A stretch of DNA of 64,000 nt, taken from NCBI GenBank assembly GCA_041652935.1, contig JBAZGH010000001.1, forward strand, positions 7,393 to 71,392, given 5' to 3'. Each line of letters opens with the position of its first letter. The first letter of the stretch is position 1. Source of the stretch: Patescibacteria group bacterium (lineage in GTDB: Bacteria; Patescibacteriota; Patescibacteriia; Patescibacteriales; XYC2-FULL-47-12). A program made the position numbers and the translations under genes. Positions 46,909-55,821 of the stretch are shown here, one piece after another. Below the pieces are notes generated by a model, which searched no databases, was not told where the DNA came from, and saw nothing but the letters and a program-made list of their open reading frames with translations.

Positions 46909-46946
46909 GTAGTTAGATAATATAATAAAAAAGACACCAAATTTTT

Positions 46947-47384
46947 ATGTTTAAAGTCGGAGCATTTGCTATTATTTTTGACAAAGATGGGAAGGTGCTA
47001 TTATGCCACCGTCTCGATTACGATCTATGGAATTTGCCCGGAGGCGGTCTGAATGATAAAGAATCTCCGTGGGAGGCGGTAATTAGGGAAACAAAAGAAG
47101 AGACAGGGCTGGATGTTGAAATTGAAAAGTTAGTTGGTATTTATAGCAAGAATAACAAAAATGACATAGTTTTTTCTTTTAAGTGCAAAGTTATCGGGGG
47201 AGAAATCGCATTATCGGATGAGGCGGATGAAATTGAATATTTTGATATTAACAGTCTGCCTAAAAATACAGTCCCCAAACAGGTTGTTAGAATAAAAGAT
47301 GCCTTTGCGGATAAAAAAGAAGTAATTCTAAAAATACAGGGCGGACCGGAGGCCATTGAATTAGTAAAGCAAGGAAAATTATAA
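46947..47384 (+). CDS. NUDIX hydrolase
   Basis: 145 aa. The Nudix box is GGGLNDKESPWEAVIRETKEETG. Confidence 0.8.
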   Translation: MFKVGAFAIIFDKDGKVLLCHRLDYDLWNLPGGGLNDKESPWEAVIRETKEETGLDVEIEKLVGIYSKNNKNDIVFSFKCKVIGGEIALSDEADEIEYFDINSLPKNTVPKQVVRIKDAFADKKEVILKIQGGPEAIELVKQGKL

Positions 47385-47464
47385 TTTAATTCATTAAGGA
47401 GGATAAAAAGTTGCGGGTTGCAGGTCTTAGAACCTAAGTCTTACAACTTACAACCTATAAACGT

Positions 47465-48214
47465 ATGGACATTTTATCAATCGCTATCGCAGTCATTATT
47501 ATTGCGATTATCGTTTTGCGCCAGGTTAACCAGTACGAGCGGGGTGTTATGTTTACTTTGGGAAAATTTACCGGCGTTGCCGAGCCGGGCTGGCGCGTTG
47601 TTATACCTATTTTTCAGTTTATGAAAAAAGTAGATATGCGCGTTAAGGCGGTTGACGTGCCGGACCAAAAAGCAATCACTCGCGACAATATTTCCGTAAC
47701 TGTTAACGCGGTAATTTATTATAAAGTAGCTGATGCATCAAAAGCGGTAATCGCTGTGGAAGATTTCCGTTACGCAATTTCACAATTGGCGCAGACTACG
47801 ATGCGCAATATTGTCGGCGAGATTAGTTTGGATGAGTTATTGGCGGAAAGGGAAAAAACATCAGAACGCATCCGCGATATTGTTGATAAAGTTTCCGACG
47901 CCTGGGGCATTAAAGTGGAAAACGTGGAATTGAAAGATGTCAGCTTGCCGGCGGACATGGAGCGCACGATTGCCAAACAGGCCGAGGCTGAACGGGAAAA
48001 AAGAGCGGTTATAATTAAAGCCGAAGGCGAGGTGGCGGCGGCGGAAAATATGGCAAAAGCAGCCGGTATTTTATCAGGATCAACGGGCGCCCTGCATTTG
48101 CGCACCCTGCAATCAATTAATGACTTAAGCTCCGATCAATCTAACACGGTAATTTTCGCTTTACCGGTAGAAATACTGCGCGCGTTTGAATCATTCACTA
48201 AGAAAAATACTTAA
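47465..48214 (+). CDS. SPFH/band-7 (stomatin/prohibitin-like) membrane protein
   Basis: 249 aa. It has an N-terminal transmembrane segment, an SPFH core and the EAEREK coiled coil. Confidence 0.75.
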   Translation: MDILSIAIAVIIIAIIVLRQVNQYERGVMFTLGKFTGVAEPGWRVVIPIFQFMKKVDMRVKAVDVPDQKAITRDNISVTVNAVIYYKVADASKAVIAVEDFRYAISQLAQTTMRNIVGEISLDELLAEREKTSERIRDIVDKVSDAWGIKVENVELKDVSLPADMERTIAKQAEAEREKRAVIIKAEGEVAAAENMAKAAGILSGSTGALHLRTLQSINDLSSDQSNTVIFALPVEILRAFESFTKKNT

Positions 48215-48223
48215 ATAAAATTT

Positions 48224-48616
48224 ATGCTTAATAAAAAAGGAGGAACAATTTTTTATCTGCTTTTTATAATCGCAGCCATTTTAATTGTTGGTTTGATAAT
48301 TTTTTATTATAGCCAAAAAGACGATGTCGGTGATAATATGGCGGAAACGCAAGTTGATTTAACCCAGTTAGCTGAAAATTACAAGAACAAGGTCAAAGAT
48401 ATTATGCCGGCGTATAAAGAGGCGATAGAGGGTATTAATCAGGAAAAATTAGAAGAACTGCGCGTCCAGTTGCTCTCATTGAAAATGCCGTCAGAATTCA
48501 AAGATTTGCACGTTGAACTTATTTTGCTTTTGGACAAGCTAGAGCAAAATTATTCATCCGAAGAAGCGCAAAAAAAGTTAGAAGAAATAATATCCCAATA
48601 TAATTGGCTTAAATAA
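48224..48616 (+). CDS. Hypothetical membrane-anchored protein
   Basis: 130 aa with an N-terminal transmembrane segment. Confidence 0.35.
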   Translation: MLNKKGGTIFYLLFIIAAILIVGLIIFYYSQKDDVGDNMAETQVDLTQLAENYKNKVKDIMPAYKEAIEGINQEKLEELRVQLLSLKMPSEFKDLHVELILLLDKLEQNYSSEEAQKKLEEIISQYNWLK

Positions 48617-48626
48617 ACGCAGCAAT

Positions 48627-49385
48627 ATGCTTAACCGCCACACACCATTAATTATCTCGATTATATTATTTTTCGGCTGGGAAATAATTGTTTTTTTTCC
48701 AAAAAATTTTTTAATTGCCGCAGCGGTTGTTATAATTTTGCCAACCATTTTATTATTAAGATTAAATAAATTTAATTTTAAGAGCGGTGATTTTTGGCTG
48801 CTGGCATCTCCCTGCCTGTTTTTAATATTATCGGCCAGTTTGTTTTTTCTTTTTCTTAACTATCCAGCGGTAAAGCATTCTGTGATTATAATTTTAACCG
48901 TAATCAGTTATTATTTCATATCTTATCTTTATTATTTTTTATGCCGGATAACAAAGTACACACCCCTTAGCTTGGAAAGCTCTTCCTCTTATTTTAATAT
49001 AATCAGTTTTTTATTTCTAAGCACCTCTTTCTATGGCTTTATAAATTTACTGAATTTAAAGATGTGGTACTTGGCGGTAATTTTAACAGCGGCGGTTTTT
49101 ATCTTAACTTACCAGTTTTTTTGGATTAATAAGGTCGGCGAGCGTAATAATTTATTAATTTCAACATTAGTTTCCATTTTGATGGCTGAATTTTTTTGGT
49201 CAATTTCCTTTCTGCCGATTTCCCACTTTATCAGCGGTCTGTCCCTTGCTATAATATACTATGTGTTAATAAATATACTGCTTTTGCATTTTTTAGAAAA
49301 ATTTGATAAAAAGACTGTAATAAAGTATTTTATCATCGGGCTATCCTGCATTTTTATTATATTATTGTCAGCTCGCTGGCTATAG
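48627..49385 (+). CDS. Hypothetical polytopic membrane protein
   Basis: 252 aa with 6-7 hydrophobic helices. Confidence 0.4.
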   Translation: MLNRHTPLIISIILFFGWEIIVFFPKNFLIAAAVVIILPTILLLRLNKFNFKSGDFWLLASPCLFLILSASLFFLFLNYPAVKHSVIIILTVISYYFISYLYYFLCRITKYTPLSLESSSSYFNIISFLFLSTSFYGFINLLNLKMWYLAVILTAAVFILTYQFFWINKVGERNNLLISTLVSILMAEFFWSISFLPISHFISGLSLAIIYYVLINILLLHFLEKFDKKTVIKYFIIGLSCIFIILLSARWL

Positions 49386-49426
49386 TTCAAAATCTTTATA
49401 CGTACTAAATACTACGTCAAACCATT

Positions 49427-49565
49427 AATTCGAATGCTTTGTACGGATTTATGCGGACACAGATGAATGCGAATGCTGCGAATTCAGTACAAACATTATT
49501 TTATTAATATTTGAGGCATTCGCATTCATCTGGGTCGTTTGAGATAAGTACAACGAATTCGAATT
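49427..49565. repeat. Nested inverted repeat. The inner 17-bp perfect inverted repeat is CAGATGAATGCGAATGC (49460-49476) / GCATTCGCATTCATCTG (49516-49532). The outer arms are AATTCGAATGCTTTGTAC / GTACAACGAATTCGAATT.
   Basis: Read directly. The core is AT-rich. Confidence 0.65.
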
Positions 49566-49610
49566 AAGGGATTGTAGAACATTTTAGTCCGCACTAATAA
49601 ACTTCTATAT

Positions 49611-50723
49611 ATGTCTAGAAATTACAAAATTACAATTTTAATAATAACAATAATAGTAAGCTTGGCAGGCGGCGTGATAGGCGGAATTATCTTCCGTTCC
49701 TATTTAATTAACTCTTCTTTCGGGATACCTCTCTGGGGAGATATTAATTTAAGCGATAATTATCAGCAAGGACAAATTGTTATCAGCCAGCCGAAAAAAG
49801 TGATTGTCGAGCAAAATGACAGGATTGCCGAAGTCGCTTCCGGAGCAATAAGGAATAAAGTAAGTTTTTACATAAAAAAACAGCCGGTTTTAAGCAACCA
49901 AGGCGGCGTTTTTAATATTAAAGAGTATTATCTTCCTGGAGATAAGGCGGGGGAGGGGTTAGTGCTTACGAATGACGGATGGGCGGTAACAGCGGTAAAA
50001 GTCAGCAAGCCCTTAAGTTATATCGCGGTTGACAGTGAAAAAGATATTATCGCCATAGAGCGGAGTTATTTTGACGAAGTAAGCGGATATTATTTCGTTA
50101 AATTAAACGCCTCTGATTTATCGGTAGCTCAGTTTACGGAGCCGGAAAGCATGAGGATAGGCCAGTTGGCAGTTGCTTTTTCAGAGGGGGGGATAAAAAC
50201 AGCTTATATTGAAAAAATAAATTATTATCCTGATTACAACTTGGTAAAATCAAGTGAAAATGATTTTAGTTATCTTAAAATAAGCGAAGAAAATTTAGCG
50301 TTGGGCGATATTTGTTTCGGCCTTGACGGCTCCGCGGTCGGCTTATACGCAAAAGAAGAGGCATTAATGCCCATAAATTATTTTAAGAAATTATTGCCCA
50401 ATTTATTAAATAAGGGTGAAATAACACGTTCTTATTTGGGAATAAATTATATTTTATTAGACGAATTAACGGGAGAAGAAAAATTAAGCGGTGCAATAAT
50501 TGCCAAAGATTCTATAGGAGTTTCCATAGAAAAGAAAAGCCCGGCAGAAGCTGCCGGATTGCTTGAGGGAGATATAATTTTGGAGATTGAAGGCAGAAAA
50601 ATCAGCGAAACAAATAATTTAAGCGATATAATACTGGGATATAAAACGGGAGAAGAAATTGAGATAAAAATTGAGCGCAGGGGAGAAGAGCGGCAAATTA
50701 AGGTGGTTTTAGGGGGGCAATAG
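49611..50723 (+). CDS. Membrane-anchored PDZ-domain protein (HtrA-like, with no visible catalytic serine motif)
   Basis: 370 aa. It has an N-terminal transmembrane segment and a C-terminal PDZ domain (GAIIAKDSIGVSIEKKSPAEAAGLLEGDIILEI). No GDSGGP motif is present. Confidence 0.5.
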   Translation: MSRNYKITILIITIIVSLAGGVIGGIIFRSYLINSSFGIPLWGDINLSDNYQQGQIVISQPKKVIVEQNDRIAEVASGAIRNKVSFYIKKQPVLSNQGGVFNIKEYYLPGDKAGEGLVLTNDGWAVTAVKVSKPLSYIAVDSEKDIIAIERSYFDEVSGYYFVKLNASDLSVAQFTEPESMRIGQLAVAFSEGGIKTAYIEKINYYPDYNLVKSSENDFSYLKISEENLALGDICFGLDGSAVGLYAKEEALMPINYFKKLLPNLLNKGEITRSYLGINYILLDELTGEEKLSGAIIAKDSIGVSIEKKSPAEAAGLLEGDIILEIEGRKISETNNLSDIILGYKTGEEIEIKIERRGEERQIKVVLGGQ

Positions 50724-50808
50724 GCGGTATAAGTAATTTTGCATAAACAGCGAGATATTTACTCTCGTTTTTTTATTACTTAAATTATGTTATAATATAC
50801 ACAAGATT

Positions 50809-52002
50809 ATGAAAATAAAAACAATTAAAAATATTAAGAATTTGCGAGGCAAAAGAGTTCTTGTTCGTTGTGATTTTAATGTTGCAATCAAAGACCATAA
50901 AATAATTGACGATTTTAAAATTATCCAAACTTTGCCCACTATTAGATATTTAACAAATAAGGGAGCGAAAGTTATTATTATTACTCATTTAGGCAGGCCT
51001 ACGACAAGCAACAAGCCACAAGCAACAAGTAATCAAAAATATACCATCAAACCGATTATAATTCGGTTGAATAAACTTTTAGGAAAAAAAGTTAAATATT
51101 TAGAAAATTTTTTAGATGACGGTGCTAAAGATGCGGTTAATGATTTAAAAAACGGGCAAATATTAATGTTGGAAAATATTAGGTTTTATCAAGGAGAAAA
51201 GAAAAATGACAAAAAATTCGGCAAAGAATTAGCCGGCTTGGCTGATATTTATGTAAATGACGCGTTGGCGGTTTCACATCGGGCGCACGCTTCAGTCAGC
51301 GCCATCCAAAATTTTTTGCCGTCTTACTCCGGATTATTGCTGGAAAAAGAAATATTGAATTTAAATAAAATTATCCATCCGCAAAAGCCGTTGGCGGTAA
51401 TTATGGGAGGCGCTAAAATAGAAACCAAGGTGCCGGTCATAAAAAAACTCGCGAAAAAAGCCAGTGTAATTTTTATCGGCGGAATGATAAGCTATGATTT
51501 TTTAGCAGCTTTGAAATTAAGTACCGGCAAATACAAAGTTAACGTAAAAAATAAAAAGCTGGCAAGAAAGTTATTGGGCAAAAAAATAATTTTGCCGATA
51601 GATTTTGTGGCCAGTAGTTCTAAAAATGGGCGGGGAAAAATACGGGTTGTGGCTGCCGATGAAATTCCTAAAAATAGCTGGCAACTAGACATCGGGCCGG
51701 AAACAATCCGTTTTTATTCTCAGCATCTTAAACAGGCAAAAACGATAATCTGGAACGGGCCAATGGGCATGTTTGAAAATGATAAATTTAAAAACGGAAC
51801 ATTATCTATTGCCCGGGTAGTTGCTTCCGTGTCGCAAGGCAGGGCTTTTGGCATTGCCGGCGGAGGAGAAACCGTTGTTGCTTTAAAAAAAACAAAAATG
51901 CTTGAGCATGTTGACTGGGTATCAACCGGAGGCGGAGCAATGCTGGCGTATCTGGCTGGAGAGAAGATGCCGGGACTAACTAAGTTAAAAGTTGGAAAGT
52001 AA
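50809..52002 (+). CDS. pgk: Phosphoglycerate kinase
   Basis: 397 aa. It has VLVRCDFNV, HLGRP and GGGA motifs. Confidence 0.85.
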   Translation: MKIKTIKNIKNLRGKRVLVRCDFNVAIKDHKIIDDFKIIQTLPTIRYLTNKGAKVIIITHLGRPTTSNKPQATSNQKYTIKPIIIRLNKLLGKKVKYLENFLDDGAKDAVNDLKNGQILMLENIRFYQGEKKNDKKFGKELAGLADIYVNDALAVSHRAHASVSAIQNFLPSYSGLLLEKEILNLNKIIHPQKPLAVIMGGAKIETKVPVIKKLAKKASVIFIGGMISYDFLAALKLSTGKYKVNVKNKKLARKLLGKKIILPIDFVASSSKNGRGKIRVVAADEIPKNSWQLDIGPETIRFYSQHLKQAKTIIWNGPMGMFENDKFKNGTLSIARVVASVSQGRAFGIAGGGETVVALKKTKMLEHVDWVSTGGGAMLAYLAGEKMPGLTKLKVGK

Positions 52003-52098
52003 AAAATAGAAAGTGCGATGAACGACGAACAAAATTGAGAAATTGGAAGCTAGAAAATTAATAAAAAATATCTAAATTATAAATTTAATTAAAAAAAT

Positions 52099-52863
52099 AT
52101 GCAGAAGCAAAATAATCAAATTTTATTAATTTTAGCCGGCATTTTGACTTTAGTAATTGTAATTTGGATTGGGGTTTTGACGCGCAATAGTCTGAAAGAA
52201 TACCGCTATATAGGGCAGAGCGCCGAGCAGAAGCATTCTATTTATATGAACGGCGAGGGAAAAATTACCGCCGTGCCTGATATCGCTAAAATCCAGCTTG
52301 GCCATTCGGTAGAAAAAAAGAAAGTGGCTGACGCGCAGAAAGAAAATACGGAAAAAATGAACGCGGTTATAAAGAAATTAAAAGAAGAGTTTGATATAGA
52401 GGCTAAAGATATCCAAACCGCCAATTACAATATTTACCCGCAGTATAATTGGACCGACGGGCGGCAAGTGTTGGGCGGATATGAGGTTTCCCAGAATATA
52501 AGCGTAAAAATAAGGGACTTGAATAATATCAGTGATATTTTAGATATGGCCGGGGCAGAAGGATTGAACCAAGTCGGCGGATTAAGTTTTGAGGTTGACG
52601 ATCCGCAGGAACTAAAACAGCAGGCGCGAGAGCTTGCTATACAGCATGCCAAAGAAAAAGCAGAGAGCCTGGCTAAAGTCGCCGGCGTAAAGCTTGGCAA
52701 CATAATCAGTTTTTCTGAATATTCAACCGAACCTCAGTACAGCACTAATAACTTTTTAGCCAAAGAAGCGTACGGCCTGGGCGGAGCTGACAGTTCCCCC
52801 GATGTGGAGGTTGGCAGTACGGAAGTTATCGTAACGGCAACAGTGGAATATGAGATATATTAG
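52099..52863 (+). CDS. SIMPL-domain (DUF541/YggE-like) protein
   Basis: 254 aa. It has an N-terminal transmembrane segment and SIMPL-domain features. Confidence 0.55.
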   Translation: MQKQNNQILLILAGILTLVIVIWIGVLTRNSLKEYRYIGQSAEQKHSIYMNGEGKITAVPDIAKIQLGHSVEKKKVADAQKENTEKMNAVIKKLKEEFDIEAKDIQTANYNIYPQYNWTDGRQVLGGYEVSQNISVKIRDLNNISDILDMAGAEGLNQVGGLSFEVDDPQELKQQARELAIQHAKEKAESLAKVAGVKLGNIISFSEYSTEPQYSTNNFLAKEAYGLGGADSSPDVEVGSTEVIVTATVEYEIY

Positions 52864-52952
52864 TAAAAAGTTGAAAGTTATAAAATTAAAAGCCTGCCTG
52901 TTGGCAGACGGGCTAATATACAAATATAAAATATATAAATAAAGGAGGACAT

Positions 52953-54223
52953 ATGCTTAAAATTAGAAATATAACAGCTCGTGAAATTTTAGATTCTCGG
53001 GGAAATCCGACCGTGGAGGCGCAAGTGGAGCTTGAAAACGGAATTAAAGCCAAAGCATCAGTACCGTCAGGCGCATCCACTGGCGACCACGAAGCGCATG
53101 AATTGCGCGACGGCGATAAAGATCGCTATAGCGGGTTGGGCGTGCTTAAGGCTGTAAAAAATGTAGAAAGTAAAATTGCGCCGGAATTACGGGGAACTGA
53201 TTGTACCAAGCAGGAAAAAATTGATCAAACAATGATTAAGCTGGACGGCACTAAAAATAAAAAGAAATTGGGCGCGAATGCTATTTTGGCAGTATCACTA
53301 GCCTGTGCGCGAGCTGCATCTGTATCTGAAAAGCAGGAATTATATGAATACATTCGTCAATCTTACAACTCACAACTTACAACCTACAATTTACCTGTGC
53401 CGAGTTTTAATATATTTAACGGCGGCAAGCATGCTGATACGAATTTGGATTTTCAGGAATTTATGGTTATTCAATGGCAAAAAATTATAAGAAGGGGCAG
53501 TTTGCCGAACAGATTAAAATGGGAGCTGAAATATTCCATGAATTGGGAAAAGTTTTGCTTGAATCGGGGTTTGATACTGACGTTGGCAGTGAAGGCGGAT
53601 ACGCGCCCGATATTTATTCTTCCGTGCAGGCGATGGAATTTATTATGGCGGCCGGAGTTAGAACCGGCTACCAAATAGGGAAAGATTTCGGGCTGGGGAT
53701 TGACGTCGGTTCTTCCGAACTTTATGACTTGCGGACAAAAAAATATATTTTTAAGCTAGATCAGGCCATTTTCGCCAATTCCACCCTAGTTGATTTATAC
53801 CACGAATGGCTGAAAAAATTTAATGTTATCTCAATTGAGGATGGTCTGGCCCAGGATGACTGGGAAGGATGGGAGGAACTTACCAGAATGCTAAAAAAAG
53901 AAGTAATGATAGTGGGTGATGATTTGTTTGTCACAAATATTGAGCGCTTAAAAAAGGGGATAAAGAAAAAAGTTGCCAATACGATTTTAATAAAGCCCAA
54001 TCAGGTCGGAACTTTGACCGAAACCATAGAATGTGTTAAATTAGCAAAAAAGAATAAATATAAAATATTTGTTTCGCACCGCAGCGGAGAGACAACGGAT
54101 GATTTTATTGCCGACTTGGCGGTAGCGGTTGGGGCTGATTATGTTAAATTCGGGTCGCTAAGCAGGGGAGAGAGAGTTTGCAAATACAATAGATTAATGG
54201 AGATTGAAAATTTAGTTAATTAG
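52953..54223 (+). pseudogene. eno: Enolase, with the reading frame broken by a -1 shift near 53466-53476
   Basis: ORF 52953-53678 matches the enolase N-terminal half up to [11 protein letters not shown] 53474-54223, in another frame, continues with [15 protein letters not shown] through the C-terminal SHRSGETTDDFIADLAVA. Confidence 0.7.
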
Positions 54224-54231
54224 TTACACAA

Positions 54232-55821
54232 ATGAAAAATTTTAATAATATCAAAACTAAACCGCTTATTCTTATTATTCTTGATGGTTGGGGCATCGCT
54301 CCGCCAAACAAAGGCAACGCGGTAACCTTAGGAAAAACTCCGACTATGGATAAGCTTGCGAAAAATTATCCGTACACTGAATTATTCGCGCACGGGAAAA
54401 ATGTCGGCCTGCCCAGCTACCAGGACGGAAACAGCGAGGCCGGGCATATGAATATCGGCGCCGGGAGAATCGTCAACCAGGATGTTATTAAAATAAGCAA
54501 AAGCATTAAAGATAAAACTTTTTTTAAGAATGCTGCTTTCTTGCAAGCGATAAAACATGCTAAAGATAATCGATCCCACCTTCATTTAATGGGTCTGCTT
54601 TCAAACGGAATGAGCGCGCACAGCGATCCATTCCACATTGAAGCTCTTTTAAAATTGGCGCGCGAGCATGGGATAAAAAATACTTATTTGCATCTATTTA
54701 CCGACGGTCGGGACTCTCCCCAGCATGCCGCCCTAAAATTAGTGCAGGATTTAGAAAGAAAGCTTTTGCCCAATGAGTATATCGCTACCGTAATGGGCCG
54801 TTATTATGGCATGGACCGTAAGAAAAATTGGAAAGTTACCCAGCAGGCTTATGATGTGTTAACTTGCAAAAAATGCCGTTGGCACAGCTCAAAAGATACT
54901 GCCAGTGCGATTACGCAAAGCTATAACCGCAATAATACGGATGAATTTTTAGAACCGTATGTTATTTTGCGGAAAAATAAAATATTGCCTCGCATAGAAA
55001 ATAATGACAGTATTATTTTTTTTAATTTGCGTTCTGACCGCGCCCGCCAAATAGCAAAGGCTTTTACTCAAGATGATTTTGAGATTAAAAATAAGGGTTC
55101 ATTTAAACGGAAGGAAAAGTTAAAACATTTATGTTTTGTAGCGATGACGGATTTCGGGCCTGACCTAGAATCTATTTTAACGGCTTTTCCCAGTACTGAC
55201 ATGGAAAATACTCTGCCGATGCAATTAAAAGATTGCAGGCAAATTTATATGGCGGAGACGGAAAAATACGCCCATGTAACTTATTTTTTTAACGGCGGTT
55301 ATGCCGATCCGGTGGCGGGAGAGCAAAGGATCCACGTGCCGTCTCCAGACGTAAAATCATATGACCAAAAACCGGAAATGAGTTCGCGGGAGCTGACTGA
55401 TAATATTTTAAAATTTATAAAAAATAAAAATTTTGATTTTCTTACAGTAAATTATGCCTGTCCCGATATGATAGGCCACACAGGAAATTTAGGGGCCGGA
55501 ATCTTGGCAGTTGAAGCCGTTGATAATTATCTTAGTAAAATTATAGCTGAAGCTGAAAAAAATAGAATTAGAATCATAATTACCGCCGACCACGGGAATA
55601 TTGAAGAAATGATCAAGCTTGATACCGGCGAGGTTAACACTGAACACACAACCAATAAAGTGCCGTTTATTTTCTTTGACAATGAGTTCAAAAAAGCAGA
55701 ATTAAGCCAAAAGGGAATTTTAGGCGATATTGCTCCATTTATATTAATGCTGTTGCAAAAGGAAAAACCGAAGACAATGAATAGGGGGATAATGATAAAC
55801 AAAAAGAAATGGAAGCTTTAA
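54232..55821 (+). CDS. gpmI: 2,3-bisphosphoglycerate-independent phosphoglycerate mutase
   Basis: 529 aa. DGWG, NSEAGH, TDGRDS, TADHGN and EHTTN are all present. Confidence 0.8.
   Translation: MKNFNNIKTKPLILIILDGWGIAPPNKGNAVTLGKTPTMDKLAKNYPYTELFAHGKNVGLPSYQDGNSEAGHMNIGAGRIVNQDVIKISKSIKDKTFFKNAAFLQAIKHAKDNRSHLHLMGLLSNGMSAHSDPFHIEALLKLAREHGIKNTYLHLFTDGRDSPQHAALKLVQDLERKLLPNEYIATVMGRYYGMDRKKNWKVTQQAYDVLTCKKCRWHSSKDTASAITQSYNRNNTDEFLEPYVILRKNKILPRIENNDSIIFFNLRSDRARQIAKAFTQDDFEIKNKGSFKRKEKLKHLCFVAMTDFGPDLESILTAFPSTDMENTLPMQLKDCRQIYMAETEKYAHVTYFFNGGYADPVAGEQRIHVPSPDVKSYDQKPEMSSRELTDNILKFIKNKNFDFLTVNYACPDMIGHTGNLGAGILAVEAVDNYLSKIIAEAEKNRIRIIITADHGNIEEMIKLDTGEVNTEHTTNKVPFIFFDNEFKKAELSQKGILGDIAPFILMLLQKEKPKTMNRGIMINKKKWKL

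Noticed and set aside
47395-47624. A strong Shine-Dalgarno AAGGAGG at 47395 and a TTG-initiated 68-aa ORF (47418-47624) overlapping the SPFH gene.
   Set aside because: The ORF is in a different frame from the well-supported SPFH protein and has no motifs. The SD may serve a tiny leader peptide (TTG at 47411, 8 codons), or nothing. It is not enough to call a gene.
53357-53395. The heptamer array in eno (and the one in pgk at 51002-51030) as an inserted repeat element.
   Set aside because: The encoded loop in eno has the same length as the corresponding E. coli enolase loop (from memory). It is therefore a sequence pattern within a normal variable loop, not an insertion. The pgk loop is only about 6 aa longer than E. 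coli.
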